Below, piece by piece: positions 1 to 8,700 of a DNA stretch of 32,000 bases. Position numbers and translations under genes: made by a program. Every line of letters begins with the position of its first letter. Position 1 is the first letter of the stretch. The notes under the pieces were generated by a model, which was not told the origin of the DNA, did not search any database, and saw only the letters and a list, made by a program, of their open reading frames with translations. This DNA comes from Acaryochloris thomasi RCC1774. Its GTDB lineage: Bacteria > Cyanobacteriota > Cyanobacteriia > Thermosynechococcales > Thermosynechococcaceae. The stretch lies in contig NZ_PQWO01000033.1 of NCBI RefSeq assembly GCF_003231495.1, forward strand, positions 6,474 to 38,473. The letters are read 5' to 3'.

Positions 1-2057
1 TCAATAATGATGCTTCCACCACTGGCTTGTTCGGCATCAGCCGAAATAAAACTGTCTTCAATAATGAGAATATCGGAATTCAGGAATATATTACCACCAG
101 CTCCAAAACCTGAAGCAGTCGAAGATATCTGACTTGCACCACTAAGCTGAGTTAATTCAGCATTGACATTTATGTTACCTCCTCTTCCAGAAGCGGCTAT
201 AGCAGCAATGGATGATTGTTGCTCCAAGTTAATAGATGAAGCCTGTACAAATATTTCACCCCCTACACCTGTGCCTTCATTTGTTACCGCTATGGAACCT
301 CCATCAAATACTTTTAAGGAGTTTGTTTCGAGTGATACGGTTCCAGCGTCTCCAACTGGTACTGGAGGCAGAGCAAAGAAATCTTGAAGAAAAGGATTAA
401 AGCGTTCAATTGCAGCATTGATTGTACTGCTGGAATTTATTCCTCCTTCAGAGCCAGAAACCTCTCCTCCAATTTCGATGGAATCGGTTGCTAAGACAAA
501 TATAGATCCGCTATTGCCAACGGAGCCAGGGACTGAAGTGATGCGTCCACCATCAATTAACTGTAGCGTTTCAGTATTTAATTCTACATCCCCTAAATTA
601 CCGCTAGCAGCAGAAAATCCACCTATGCTACTGCCAACAACGGTATTCGTCTCTGGATCAATAATTAATCCACCTGAGACAACAACGTTCTCTGCATTAA
701 TAGTAATATCTCCTCCTCTAGAAGCACTCGCTACTTGAGTTGCAATGTTGCCTCCTCCTAAGACTTTTAGATCACTGGTACTAATATCAATATCACCACC
801 CAAGCCACCAACCGTAGCAGCGATGATTGCGCTTGGTGTAAAGCCGTTACCAAGAATATCTGGAAATATTTCTGTTGTGGAAACTTCGATACTATCTTCG
901 ACATCAATCCCAATGCTTCCGCCTTCTCCAGGACCGAATGTAACAGATGAAATAACACCAGCATTCTCAATATCTATACTCTTTGCACTTATATTTATAT
1001 CAGGGCCACTTCCTGTAGAAAAGCCAACAGAAACTACCCCGCCAAAAATATAAAAATCTTCATTGACAAAACGCAGTAAATTTAGAGGATTTTCAATATT
1101 GCTAATTGAAAATGAATTTTGAGCATTTAGAGAAATACTACTGGTACTATTCTCTCCAATATTTCCACTGATAACTAAGGAGTTGTCAGAAATGTTTATA
1201 TCTTTTGCAGATATAGATATACTTTGGTCTGCTATGCCTGTAGCATCAATAAGGGAGGTATTTCTAAAAGAAGCATCACCGAAAGACTGAACGTTGCTAA
1301 AGTCAAAACCCTCAAATCCTTGTCCATTTAGGCCGATAATTCCATCTTTTACACTGGCGATGTTTATATTTCCAGAAGGAGCTGTAAGTACTCCAGCGTC
1401 AAATAAAACATTGCCACCTAAAAGAGATATCGATTGTCCATCCGAAGAACGAAGGCCTGTATTGCTCTCACCCAAACCTATAGGTGCATTAATCATCGGT
1501 ACAGTTCTTAAATCATGACCATCGCTACGAACTTCAATATCACTTGCATTTCTAAATGATAGGCTAATTGGATTTTGAACACTGAGTTTTCCAATTTCCA
1601 CTGAACCTAAACTATTAAAAGACAAACCATTTGGAAAATCTATTCTATCTGAAGTAGAGGCAAGAAAAGATCCACCTATATCTATTGATGCTCCGCGCCC
1701 AAATACTACACCATTTGAGTTTAAAAAATACAAATTTGCACTTCCTGAAGACCCTAGCAAGCCATTTATTTGAGAAATATTTACACCAGTTACACGACTG
1801 AAAATATTATTAACTTCAGGACTAGTTTGAAACCTTGCTGTTTGACCATTCGGTATGCTGAAGCTTTCAAAGCTGTGAAATACATTCTTGTCCTGCCGTG
1901 TACCTTGAGTTATCGTTGAAGTATTGCCATTCACATTGACTACCGATTTCGTAGGCAAACTTCTGTCAGGAACGATTTGGGCATTTACGGTATTGCCCGT
2001 ACTGAGAAGAAAGCCGTACATCAAAGCCACTAAGCTCAATTGCTTTAACATAGACAT
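1..2057 (-). CDS. Filamentous-haemagglutinin-like two-partner-secretion (TpsA-type) exoprotein, N-terminal part; the 3' end runs off the window
   Basis: Absent from the supplied ORF track because it has no stop inside the window. Reverse-strand translation from the ATG at 2057-2055 gives MSMLKQLSLVALMYGFLLSTGNTVNAQIVPDRSLPTKSVVNVNGNTSTITQGTRQDKNVFHSFESFSIPNGQTARFQTSPEVNNIFSRVTGVNISQINGLLGSSGSANLYFLNSNGVVFGRGASIDIGGSF... This is a signal peptide plus the haemagglutination-activity/TPS domain signature (NxFHSFxxFxI, NIFSRVTG, NxNGxxFG). The frame is open where I spot-checked it, down to base 3 (...ASGGSIII), and carries Gly/Ser/Ile-rich beta-helix-type repeats. Confidence 0.8.
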   Translation of the reverse strand, partial: MSMLKQLSLVALMYGFLLSTGNTVNAQIVPDRSLPTKSVVNVNGNTSTITQGTRQDKNVFHSFESFSIPNGQTARFQTSPEVNNIFSRVTGVNISQINGLLGSSGSANLYFLNSNGVVFGRGASIDIGGSFLASTSDRIDFPNGLSFNSLGSVEIGKLSVQNPISLSFRNASDIEVRSDGHDLRTVPMINAPIGLGESNTGLRSSDGQSISLLGGNVLFDAGVLTAPSGNINIASVKDGIIGLNGQGFEGFDFSNVQSFGDASFRNTSLIDATGIADQSISISAKDINISDNSLVISGNIGENSTSSISLNAQNSFSISNIENPLNLLRFVNEDFYIFGGVVSVGFSTGSGPDINISAKSIDIENAGVISSVTFGPGEGGSIGIDVEDSIEVSTTEIFPDILGNGFTPSAIIAATVGGLGGDIDISTSDLKVLGGGNIATQVASASRGGDITINAENVVVSGGLIIDPETNTVVGSSIGGFSAASGNLGDVELNTETLQLIDGGRITSVPGSVGNSGSIFVLATDSIEIGGEVSGSEGGINSSSTINAAIERFNPFLQDFFALPPVPVGDAGTVSLETNSLKVFDGGSIAVTNEGTGVGGEIFVQASSINLEQQSSIAAIAASGRGGNINVNAELTQLSGASQISSTASGFGAGGNIFLNSDILIIEDSFISADAEQASGGSIII

Positions 2058-2059
2058 AT

Positions 2060-3388
2060 TCAAGTTTTCCAAAATTTAATAGGCAATCCATCTTTAGGGT
2101 ATAGGAATGGTATGGAACCCATCTTAATATTTCCGGTCTGCTCTAGCTTCCAATCATATTGACTTAGTAGGCAAATAGCGAAAATTTTCATTTCAAGGTT
2201 GGCAAACTCCTTACCTAAGCATTCCCTTACACCTCCTCCGTAAGGTATCCATGAATAACTCTGATCTATCTTCTTGTCAGAGCTTTTTGAAAAACGACTA
2301 GGATTGAACTGGGTATTATTTGGGTAAACTTTCTTGTTGTCATGAGAAGCAGTAATTGAATAAGAAACATACCAACCTTTTGGAAGCCGGTATCCACTAA
2401 ATTCACAGTCCTGAACCACTTTTCTAGATGCTCCACCGACAGGAGGGTTTATTCTAAGTACTTCTTTTAATACCTGTCCTAAATAAACAGCGCTCTTCAG
2501 AGAATCATAGTCTATATTTTCATTAAGCTTAAGTCGATATATCTCTTCTCTGCATTTCAACTTTGTTGCTTCATCACGGCCAAGTAGCATGCAAAATGAA
2601 GATAGAGAAGAGGATAGCGTACCATGACCAGCCAAGAGAATCGTTAAGATCTGATGCTTCACTTCATCAATCTTCAGGGGGTTTCCAGATTCGTCTATGC
2701 TCGACAGTAAGATATCTAAAATGTCGTTCATATTCGATGGCCCATTATCCATCCTAGATTTTATTATTTTTTCTATTAATGCAAGTGATTCCTTCATACT
2801 ATTCAATCCCTTATAATAGCTGCTTCCAGGGATCATGATTGGAAGAGAAAAAACGCCTTTTTCCCAGACAGAGAATCTTTTCTTTAAGTCAGTACTGGAT
2901 GCGCTATCGATACCAATAAGTAGCTTTGAAGCAACGTCAAATGTATAGCTGTCAAGCTGATCATATAACCTAAAACTCTTTTTGTTTTCCCATTCTTTGA
3001 GATATTTATTAGTGATTTTAGTTATGCCAAAAGTATATTTTCTCAATGCCCGTGGCTTGAAAGCATCTGCCAATATTTTTCTTCGGCTTTGATGAATATT
3101 TCCCGACTGAATAGCAACCACATCTTCACCAAAAAGCCTTCTTATACTACTAGGTAAATAGCTCTCAAAGTACTTGTTCTCATTAGATAGTATAAACTTG
3201 TTCGCTTCTTCTCCAATCATTATTACTTGTGGCGCATCATAACCTATATACTTGATCCTGAATATAGGTCCATATTTTTTTATCTTATTTGCAATAAGAT
3301 TAGGATCAAATAACAGTCTGAGCGTGTCACCAATAATAGGAAGTCCATCGTCACCAGGAGGGAGAGGTAAAATGCCTGTCGCCATCAT
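2060..3388 (-). CDS. Cytochrome P450 (resembles the cyanobacterial CYP120-type)
   Basis: 442-aa ORF. The heme-thiolate loop PYGGGVRECLGKEFA fits FxxGxRxCxG. It also has an I-helix-like LLAGHGTLSS, an ExxR-like LKEVLR, and the N-terminal PLPPGDDGLPIIGDTL typical of soluble bacterial P450s. Confidence 0.9.
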   Translation of the reverse strand: MMATGILPLPPGDDGLPIIGDTLRLLFDPNLIANKIKKYGPIFRIKYIGYDAPQVIMIGEEANKFILSNENKYFESYLPSSIRRLFGEDVVAIQSGNIHQSRRKILADAFKPRALRKYTFGITKITNKYLKEWENKKSFRLYDQLDSYTFDVASKLLIGIDSASSTDLKKRFSVWEKGVFSLPIMIPGSSYYKGLNSMKESLALIEKIIKSRMDNGPSNMNDILDILLSSIDESGNPLKIDEVKHQILTILLAGHGTLSSSLSSFCMLLGRDEATKLKCREEIYRLKLNENIDYDSLKSAVYLGQVLKEVLRINPPVGGASRKVVQDCEFSGYRLPKGWYVSYSITASHDNKKVYPNNTQFNPSRFSKSSDKKIDQSYSWIPYGGGVRECLGKEFANLEMKIFAICLLSQYDWKLEQTGNIKMGSIPFLYPKDGLPIKFWKT

Positions 3389-3469
3389 ATTTTATATATT
3401 TCATCAAAGAATATATTAACTAATTTTGAAAAAGAAAGATATGTACTGAATAATGAATGTTCAATCTAG

Positions 3470-5146
3470 TCACCTAATCGACCTGAGGTAATCCTCTCTC
3501 CATTTCTTTACTTCGGGCTGATCATAGTTCAAGGTTAGACATTGAGATCCGTTATCGCTACTGTCTTTCCCTTTCGTATTTAGAATCTGCGTCAACAGAC
3601 AGTGAGCAGCAGTGTTGTTAGAATTTAGTGCGATAGATTTACTCAATGCCTTTTCTGACAAATCCAAGCTCCCCTGCTGTAGTAGCGCCCATCCTAGGTT
3701 CTTCTGTAAGTTTGATTCTGTTTCAGACGAATTTGAATGCGTCAGTGCTATGCGTGTAAGCTCTGTGGCTTTTTTGGCCTTCCCCTCCAGTATTTCTATA
3801 CGAGATAAATTGTTGTAAGCCTCCGTTGATTCATTGGGTGCAAGTGCGATCGCACTTGCATAAGCTAAAGCAGCGTCTTTTCTTTCCTCTCGCAGATCAT
3901 AGAATACTCCAAGTTCAAACCAACGTTCCCATGTGGGATCAAGACGAATGGATTCTCGATATGCCTTAATGCTGCAGTCATAATCCTTTAATTCGGTACA
4001 AACCTCTGCAAGCTCTTCTATGGTGTCAGGGGCATGCACAAGCTTAATGCTGTTTTCCAATGCATCACGAGCTTTTGTCAATTCCCCTCTTTCTTCAAGT
4101 ATCTGTGCATTTGCGGAATGCCAAGCAGCGACGACACGACGGCCAGCTCGATATAAGCCGAATGAGGCCATAGCGATCGCAAGGGCAACAGGAATCATCC
4201 AGATCTTGATCTTCAACTTTGGTTCAATGTTGGGTCTATGAAGCAGTCTTTCAGTAGATTCCAGTACCTCATTTGTATTGGTAGGGCGATCTCCAGGTGC
4301 CAGAGCCGTCATTCGATCCAGCAGGTTTGCTAGCCTCGGATCGAGCTTTTTGGCGTGTTCTCTCCAGAGTAATTGGCCTGTCTTTTCATCAATCGGCAAC
4401 TCAAACGGTTCCCGACCCGTTAATAAGTAAATCACTGTTCGTCCAAGGGCAAAGATATCCGACTGCGGAATAGCACTTCCGCTTTCTTGTTCTGGAGGTG
4501 TATATCCACTGCTGGATAGCCTAGTTACATCGCCTGATGCAACTTTAGCAAGATAGGTATGGCTTATAGATGATCGTACGCCACCAAAATCAATCAAGGC
4601 AAGCTGTCCATCTTCCTTCAAGATAATATTTGACGGTTTTATATCTCTGTGAAACAGTTTGTGTTGGTGAATGTAATGAAGAACTGTGGATAGTTGCTTG
4701 AGATAGTCGAGTCCTAAAGCTGATGGGATAGGTCGTTTGCTATCGAGCTGCTTCTGCAATGTTTCGCCCGGTATTTTCTCCATCGCAAATCCATAGACCT
4801 TGTATTTACCGGGCAAATTCACTATGAACTGATCACTAACCAAGAGCTTAGGGATTGCTGGATGAGAGAAGGATCGAAGTGCTGAGACTTCGCGCTCGAA
4901 CATACTGAAATATGGCTCATCATCCCGAAATAGAGTTTTAACGACCTTAATTTCTCCACTATCACATTGAGCTTCAAAAACTTCAGTAGGTCTCGGCACT
5001 GACAATTCAGTAAGAGAGGCAATAAGTTTGTATCGACTGTTTATCTTCAGTGGGGAACCACATGATTGACAATGCTCTGCTTCAAAAAAGTTTTCTCGAC
5101 GTTCACAGGATGGATTGACACAGAAGCAGGTAGCTGGATTCGTCAT
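3470..5146 (-). CDS. Membrane-spanning Ser/Thr protein kinase: N-terminal 4-Cys zinc ribbon, kinase domain, one TM helix, C-terminal TPR-like repeats
   Basis: 4-Cys prefix CFCVNPSC...CQSCG. Kinase motifs: VVK (beta3 Lys), FEREV (alphaC Glu), HRDIKPSNIIL, DFGG, YTPPE. TM helix IWMIPVALAIAMASFGLY. The C-terminal ~190 aa has TPR-like repeats (AYRESIRLDPTWERWFELGVFY, AALAYASAIALAPNESTEAYNNLSRI). The Gly-rich loop is not recognisable: SLTELSVPRPTEV sits where GxGxxG is expected. Confidence 0.85.
   Translation of the reverse strand: MTNPATCFCVNPSCERRENFFEAEHCQSCGSPLKINSRYKLIASLTELSVPRPTEVFEAQCDSGEIKVVKTLFRDDEPYFSMFEREVSALRSFSHPAIPKLLVSDQFIVNLPGKYKVYGFAMEKIPGETLQKQLDSKRPIPSALGLDYLKQLSTVLHYIHQHKLFHRDIKPSNIILKEDGQLALIDFGGVRSSISHTYLAKVASGDVTRLSSSGYTPPEQESGSAIPQSDIFALGRTVIYLLTGREPFELPIDEKTGQLLWREHAKKLDPRLANLLDRMTALAPGDRPTNTNEVLESTERLLHRPNIEPKLKIKIWMIPVALAIAMASFGLYRAGRRVVAAWHSANAQILEERGELTKARDALENSIKLVHAPDTIEELAEVCTELKDYDCSIKAYRESIRLDPTWERWFELGVFYDLREERKDAALAYASAIALAPNESTEAYNNLSRIEILEGKAKKATELTRIALTHSNSSETESNLQKNLGWALLQQGSLDLSEKALSKSIALNSNNTAAHCLLTQILNTKGKDSSDNGSQCLTLNYDQPEVKKWREDYLRSIR
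3846..3853. repeat. HIP1 octamer GCGATCGC
   Basis: Exact GCGATCGC read in the sequence. Confidence 0.9.
4173..4180. repeat. HIP1 octamer GCGATCGC
   Basis: Exact GCGATCGC read in the sequence. Confidence 0.9.
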
Positions 5147-6540
5147 GCAACTGATTGAACCTTTTGCCCAACAAAGCCTTGAGGGTCTTGTTCAATGTAC
5201 TTTCTAATGACTGAGCTGAGTCTAAACTTGCTTTTCCTCTCTACCTTGGTCTCCTCGATAAGAGAACGGTTGACTAGAGAACTAACTGTACGAAGCAAGC
5301 CATCTGTAGAGCGGAACAGGCTGTGACTTTCAATGTTCTGTAAGATTTCTTCGTAGCTCACTGAATCGTGCTCTTTCATCAAATCTGCCAGTATCTTCAT
5401 CGCAAAGCACTCAAATTCTGACATTGAGCTGGATGGCGAAAACTCATGATTTAAAGTTAGCAAGAGCGGATCAGCAATTATCGTCGATTGAACTCTTAGA
5501 AAATCTGCTGTACTCCCTCCGTAGATTGTTCTAACCCTTTTCGCTATGACCTTTAACATCAAAGGGTTGCCATGATATTTATTAATAAGTGCGGGCCAAC
5601 AATGTCTGTCTTTCAAGCTCTGCTCTTCAAAAATAGTTTCAGCATCATCTTGAGCTAAACCTTCTAAACGAATAATCTCAGCAGCATTTCCTGATTCATG
5701 AAGGTCTGACCAGTCAAGGAATCGGGTACGACTGGTAACAATTAAAGAACTATTACCCTGATCGTTGACAAGTCGTCTGAAGAAAGGGCCATAGTCTGTA
5801 TAAGGCTCACTGTAATAGTCCCAAGCCGATTGTTGTTGATCCTGTTGCAGAATCTCAGCACCATCAAGAACCAATAAACAGCGATGCTTTCTGAAAAAAC
5901 GAATGAGTAAGTTTTGCAATTTGTTGACGCTGCTACCTGTTCCAAAAGGTATGCCTAGCATATCAGCTAGGTCTGCAAGGAGTTCATCAAGTAAAGGGCC
6001 GTAGCGAATCGATTTCCAAATGCAGATCTCAATTGATTCGTTTGTCTTTGACATAACTCGTTCAACAATACGAGCAGCCAGAGCTGTTTTCCCAATGCCC
6101 TGAGGGCCATCAATAAAAATATTTCTGTGATCCCGAAGAAGTCTAATACAGTGCTGAACTTGGCTGCGATAACCAACGAAGTTTCCAGTATCAGGAGGAA
6201 CACCGAAAAGTATAGGAACAGAGTCAGGATTTGCTGAATTCGCTTGAATCTGTTCTGTAAGGGAAGTATCCTGAAGCATATTTTCTAAGACAGTTTTCAG
6301 ATGCGTTTTTGTAACACGACATCCAAACTCTTTTGATAGAAGCTTCCAGACCCCTGGCCCAGCTCTGCAGCTGATGTAGTTTGGGCTGAAGTTTTCTCTA
6401 TAAAGCTTTATCGCTTCCTCGTACCCTATTTTTTCCCAGGCAGCCAACACAGCAATTCTCTCTCCAGGTGTCAGCTCCTTACCGCGCCTTGCTTGAGAGA
6501 TTTTGTTTATGGAAGTAAGGGCTTGCTCCAGATTCATCAA
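5143..6540 (-). CDS. STAND NTPase of NB-ARC type with an N-terminal HTH-like domain and no C-terminal repeat sensor
   Basis: Walker A GPQGIGKTALA, Walker B CLLVLDGAE, LIVTSRTR, GNPLMLKVIA (GxP motif), and a winged-helix-like tail. The N-terminal LTPGERIAVLAAWEKIGYEEAIKLY...VWKLLSKEFGCRVTKTHLKTVL resembles the HTH-type N-domain common on cyanobacterial STAND/WD40 proteins. The stop overlaps the kinase start (ATGA at 5143-5146). Confidence 0.8.
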   Translation of the reverse strand: MMNLEQALTSINKISQARRGKELTPGERIAVLAAWEKIGYEEAIKLYRENFSPNYISCRAGPGVWKLLSKEFGCRVTKTHLKTVLENMLQDTSLTEQIQANSANPDSVPILFGVPPDTGNFVGYRSQVQHCIRLLRDHRNIFIDGPQGIGKTALAARIVERVMSKTNESIEICIWKSIRYGPLLDELLADLADMLGIPFGTGSSVNKLQNLLIRFFRKHRCLLVLDGAEILQQDQQQSAWDYYSEPYTDYGPFFRRLVNDQGNSSLIVTSRTRFLDWSDLHESGNAAEIIRLEGLAQDDAETIFEEQSLKDRHCWPALINKYHGNPLMLKVIAKRVRTIYGGSTADFLRVQSTIIADPLLLTLNHEFSPSSSMSEFECFAMKILADLMKEHDSVSYEEILQNIESHSLFRSTDGLLRTVSSLVNRSLIEETKVERKSKFRLSSVIRKYIEQDPQGFVGQKVQSVA

Positions 6541-6761
6541 CCCTCCAGTCCTGCAACAGGATAAACGTCACAACATCCGTAAAACTGAATTCTAACCTTA
6601 AAACATACATTTAGAGTATGGCACTATCGGCGAAAAGCATAGCCTTGGTCCCCAATATTTGTGATGATCACATGCTCATGCTATAAAACATACAAACTAA
6701 CATTGCTTGGGTGTTGGTTTTGTCGGTGACTGAAAAATTAACCAAATTTCACCTCAAAGCT

Positions 6762-7340
6762 ATGGAAATGAATAGCCTTCCCTTATGTATCTGGAAAGAT
6801 AAAGATTTAAAGCTGTCTGATATCCAGGTATCTGAGCAGGTGCAGAGTCGCTCAGAAATTTGTCGGCAGACTGTCAGTACTTATGCTGCAAAGATAAATG
6901 AGGGAGAAATGGCACCTGTGCTTGTTTTTTGTGATGGGTTTCGATACTGGCTTGTAGATGGTTTTCATCGATACCAAGCAGCGAAATTGGTGAATCACAC
7001 TAAGATTTCTTGCAGAGTTGCGTATGGTAGTAAGCGTGATGCGATTCTATATGCCATAGCTGCTAATATTGACAACGGCTTTAAGCGAGCAAATGCTGAT
7101 AAGCGCAACGGTGTTGAGACTCTTCTCAGTGACTCTGAGTGGAGCCAGTGGAGTAATCATGAGATTGCAAGAAGATGCGGGGTTAGTCACACGTATGTGC
7201 GGAAGCTGAGATTGAAGCTTCAAGAATCAAATGAGATTAATCCACTTATACAAACTCGGCAGTCTGTGAACAGAATTGCTTTCCGTAATGGACGTGAATA
7301 TCCAATAGATGTCTCAAATATCGGGCAACTAGACAGATAG
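6762..7340 (+). CDS. ParB/sulfiredoxin-like N-terminal domain protein with HTH (short paralogue)
   Basis: YWLVDGFHRYQAAK (DGxHR box), RDAILYAIAANIDNGFKRANADKR, and the HTH-like WSNHEIARRCGVSHTYVRKLR. About 50 percent identical by eye to residues 60-190 of the next gene. The start is uncertain: GTG at 6711, or ATG at 6762 or 6768. Confidence 0.75.
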   Translation: MEMNSLPLCIWKDKDLKLSDIQVSEQVQSRSEICRQTVSTYAAKINEGEMAPVLVFCDGFRYWLVDGFHRYQAAKLVNHTKISCRVAYGSKRDAILYAIAANIDNGFKRANADKRNGVETLLSDSEWSQWSNHEIARRCGVSHTYVRKLRLKLQESNEINPLIQTRQSVNRIAFRNGREYPIDVSNIGQLDR

Positions 7341-7365
7341 CCTTCCACTCATTGTTATTTAGAGA

Positions 7366-7401
7366 GGTGACGCATTGCTTCGTAGGAAGCAATGCGTCAC
7401 C
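7366..7401 (+). terminator. Perfect 16-bp-stem hairpin 25 nt after the ParB-like stop (likely intrinsic terminator)
   Basis: GGTGACGCATTGCTTC-gtag-GAAGCAATGCGTCACC, followed by AATTTTCG. The T-run is short. Confidence 0.55.
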
Positions 7402-7461
7402 AATTTTCGATCTCGTGGGGAGCAAATCGGTTCAGCTTTACATCAGGTGATTAAGCTATCT

Positions 7462-7499
7462 AGAAACGCTATCTAGAAACGTTTCTAGATAGCGTTTCT
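7462..7499. promoter_or_regulatory. Perfect 38-bp palindrome (candidate operator or centromere-like site) upstream of the second ParB-like gene
   Basis: AGAAACGCTATCTAGAAAC|GTTTCTAGATAGCGTTTCT, checked base by base. The left half also contains the direct repeat ATCTAGAAACG(C/T)T. A TTGACT hexamer follows at 7508-7513. Confidence 0.5.
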
Positions 7500-7599
7500 G
7501 CGGAGTCTTGACTTAAGCCTCTGAAGCCATTGTGTTGAGTGCGTTTGTCACTTTGGGAAATAGCGTATTATCCGATAGTGGTCATACGTTTAAGGTCTC

Positions 7600-8700
7600 A
7601 TGGCAATCAACAAATCTCTGAAAAAGCAAAGCAGCCCCAGTCGTCATAAGACAGTAGAAGATGTAGAAATTCAGAAAATCCGTAGGGATGGGGGAACACA
7701 GCCCCGCGCGCGTCTAGATGAAGGAACTGTACATTCATATGCCGAAAGCATATCAGATGGAGACGAATTTCCACCTATTACCCTGTTCTATGACGGTGAA
7801 AGCTATTGGCTAGCAGATGGCTTTCATCGTGTTCAGGCACATATAGAGGCTTGTAAGGAAACCATTGCCGCTGAGGTTAGGTCCGGTACCAGGAGGGATG
7901 CAGTTCTCTATTGTGTTGGAGCTAATGCGACGCATGGCCTTAGACGATCAAATGCTGATAAGCGACGCGCAGTAGAGACATTGCTAAATGATCCAGAGTG
8001 GCACAAGTGGAGCAACAACGAGATTGCTTCTCGTAGTAATGTGAGCCACACGTTTGTCCGAAATGTGCGAGATGAAATGTCTAATGAGGGGTCTGCTTCA
8101 AGTCTAGAGGATCTTGATGCCGCGCCTGAATCTCGTTTTGCAAGAAGAGGAGGTACAACTTACACCGTTCAAACTAAGAGAATCGGTCAGTCTGCTGGTA
8201 CTCCTTTAGGTCGCCAAAGAAAGAAAAAAAAGCCCATAGTTGAACCTGAGCCTGAGCCTGTTCTAAATAAGCTTAAAAAGGTTGCCAGTGGAGAAATCTG
8301 GTCGCTAGGCAAACACCACAAACTTTATTGTGGTAGTCATTCGTCTCAAAAATTCCAATCCTTGCTACCAAATGAAATTGCTTTACTTCTTGTGTTCCCT
8401 TCAGAGCCAACCGAATGGCTACCCAGAATGCCACAACAAGCTAAAAGTGCATTGATGTGGTATACCCCATACGGTGAGGATATGCACCTTGAAACCTTGC
8501 GGAACGTTGTATCCAATTGTGTCACTGCTTCTACCGATGCAGATGATAATGTCATAGTTCTAAATCTACCTGACCCTTCATTATTTCTGCTCTTTGATGA
8601 ATTGCAGTGCAAGTGTTATTGCGCTGAGCCTAATCCACAACGCTGCACCGATGCAATCACTGCCTGGAGCGTTACTCAGCAATCTGTCCAGAAGCGTTGA
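7600..8700 (+). CDS. ParB-like domain protein fused to a degenerate, shortened beta-class (N6/N4) DNA-methyltransferase-like C-terminus
   Basis: ParB part: YWLADGFHRVQAH, RRDAVLYCVGANATHGLRRSNADKR, WSNNEIASRSNVSHTFVRNVR. C-terminus: GKHHKLYCGSHSSQKFQSLLPNEIALLLVFPSEP aligns to the HRLxCGD...DLxxTDPPY entry of ParB-methylases. NVIVLNLPDPSLFLLFDELQCKCYCAEPNPQRC aligns to xVLDPFxGSGSTxIAxExxGRxCYxxExDPxY. Both the DPPY and FxGxG motifs are lost. Confidence 0.75.
   Translation: MAINKSLKKQSSPSRHKTVEDVEIQKIRRDGGTQPRARLDEGTVHSYAESISDGDEFPPITLFYDGESYWLADGFHRVQAHIEACKETIAAEVRSGTRRDAVLYCVGANATHGLRRSNADKRRAVETLLNDPEWHKWSNNEIASRSNVSHTFVRNVRDEMSNEGSASSLEDLDAAPESRFARRGGTTYTVQTKRIGQSAGTPLGRQRKKKKPIVEPEPEPVLNKLKKVASGEIWSLGKHHKLYCGSHSSQKFQSLLPNEIALLLVFPSEPTEWLPRMPQQAKSALMWYTPYGEDMHLETLRNVVSNCVTASTDADDNVIVLNLPDPSLFLLFDELQCKCYCAEPNPQRCTDAITAWSVTQQSVQKR

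Noticed and set aside
163-1518. Four plus-strand ORFs (163-387, 418-738, 745-1053, 1294-1518) with Pro/Ser/Thr-rich products, plus the minus-strand ORF 767-970
   Set aside because: They lie antisense to, or out of frame with, the long open minus-strand TpsA-like frame, whose product has clear family motifs. Their low-complexity products are typical shadow ORFs of a repetitive Gly/Ser/Ile-coding gene.
6660-6672. Palindrome TGTGAT-G-ATCACA upstream of the first ParB-like gene, considered as a CRP/NtcA-family site
   Set aside because: CRP-type sites need TGTGA-N6-TCACA and NtcA sites need GTA-N8-TAC, so the spacing here (N3) is wrong. It may still be a minor operator, but I cannot support a specific call.
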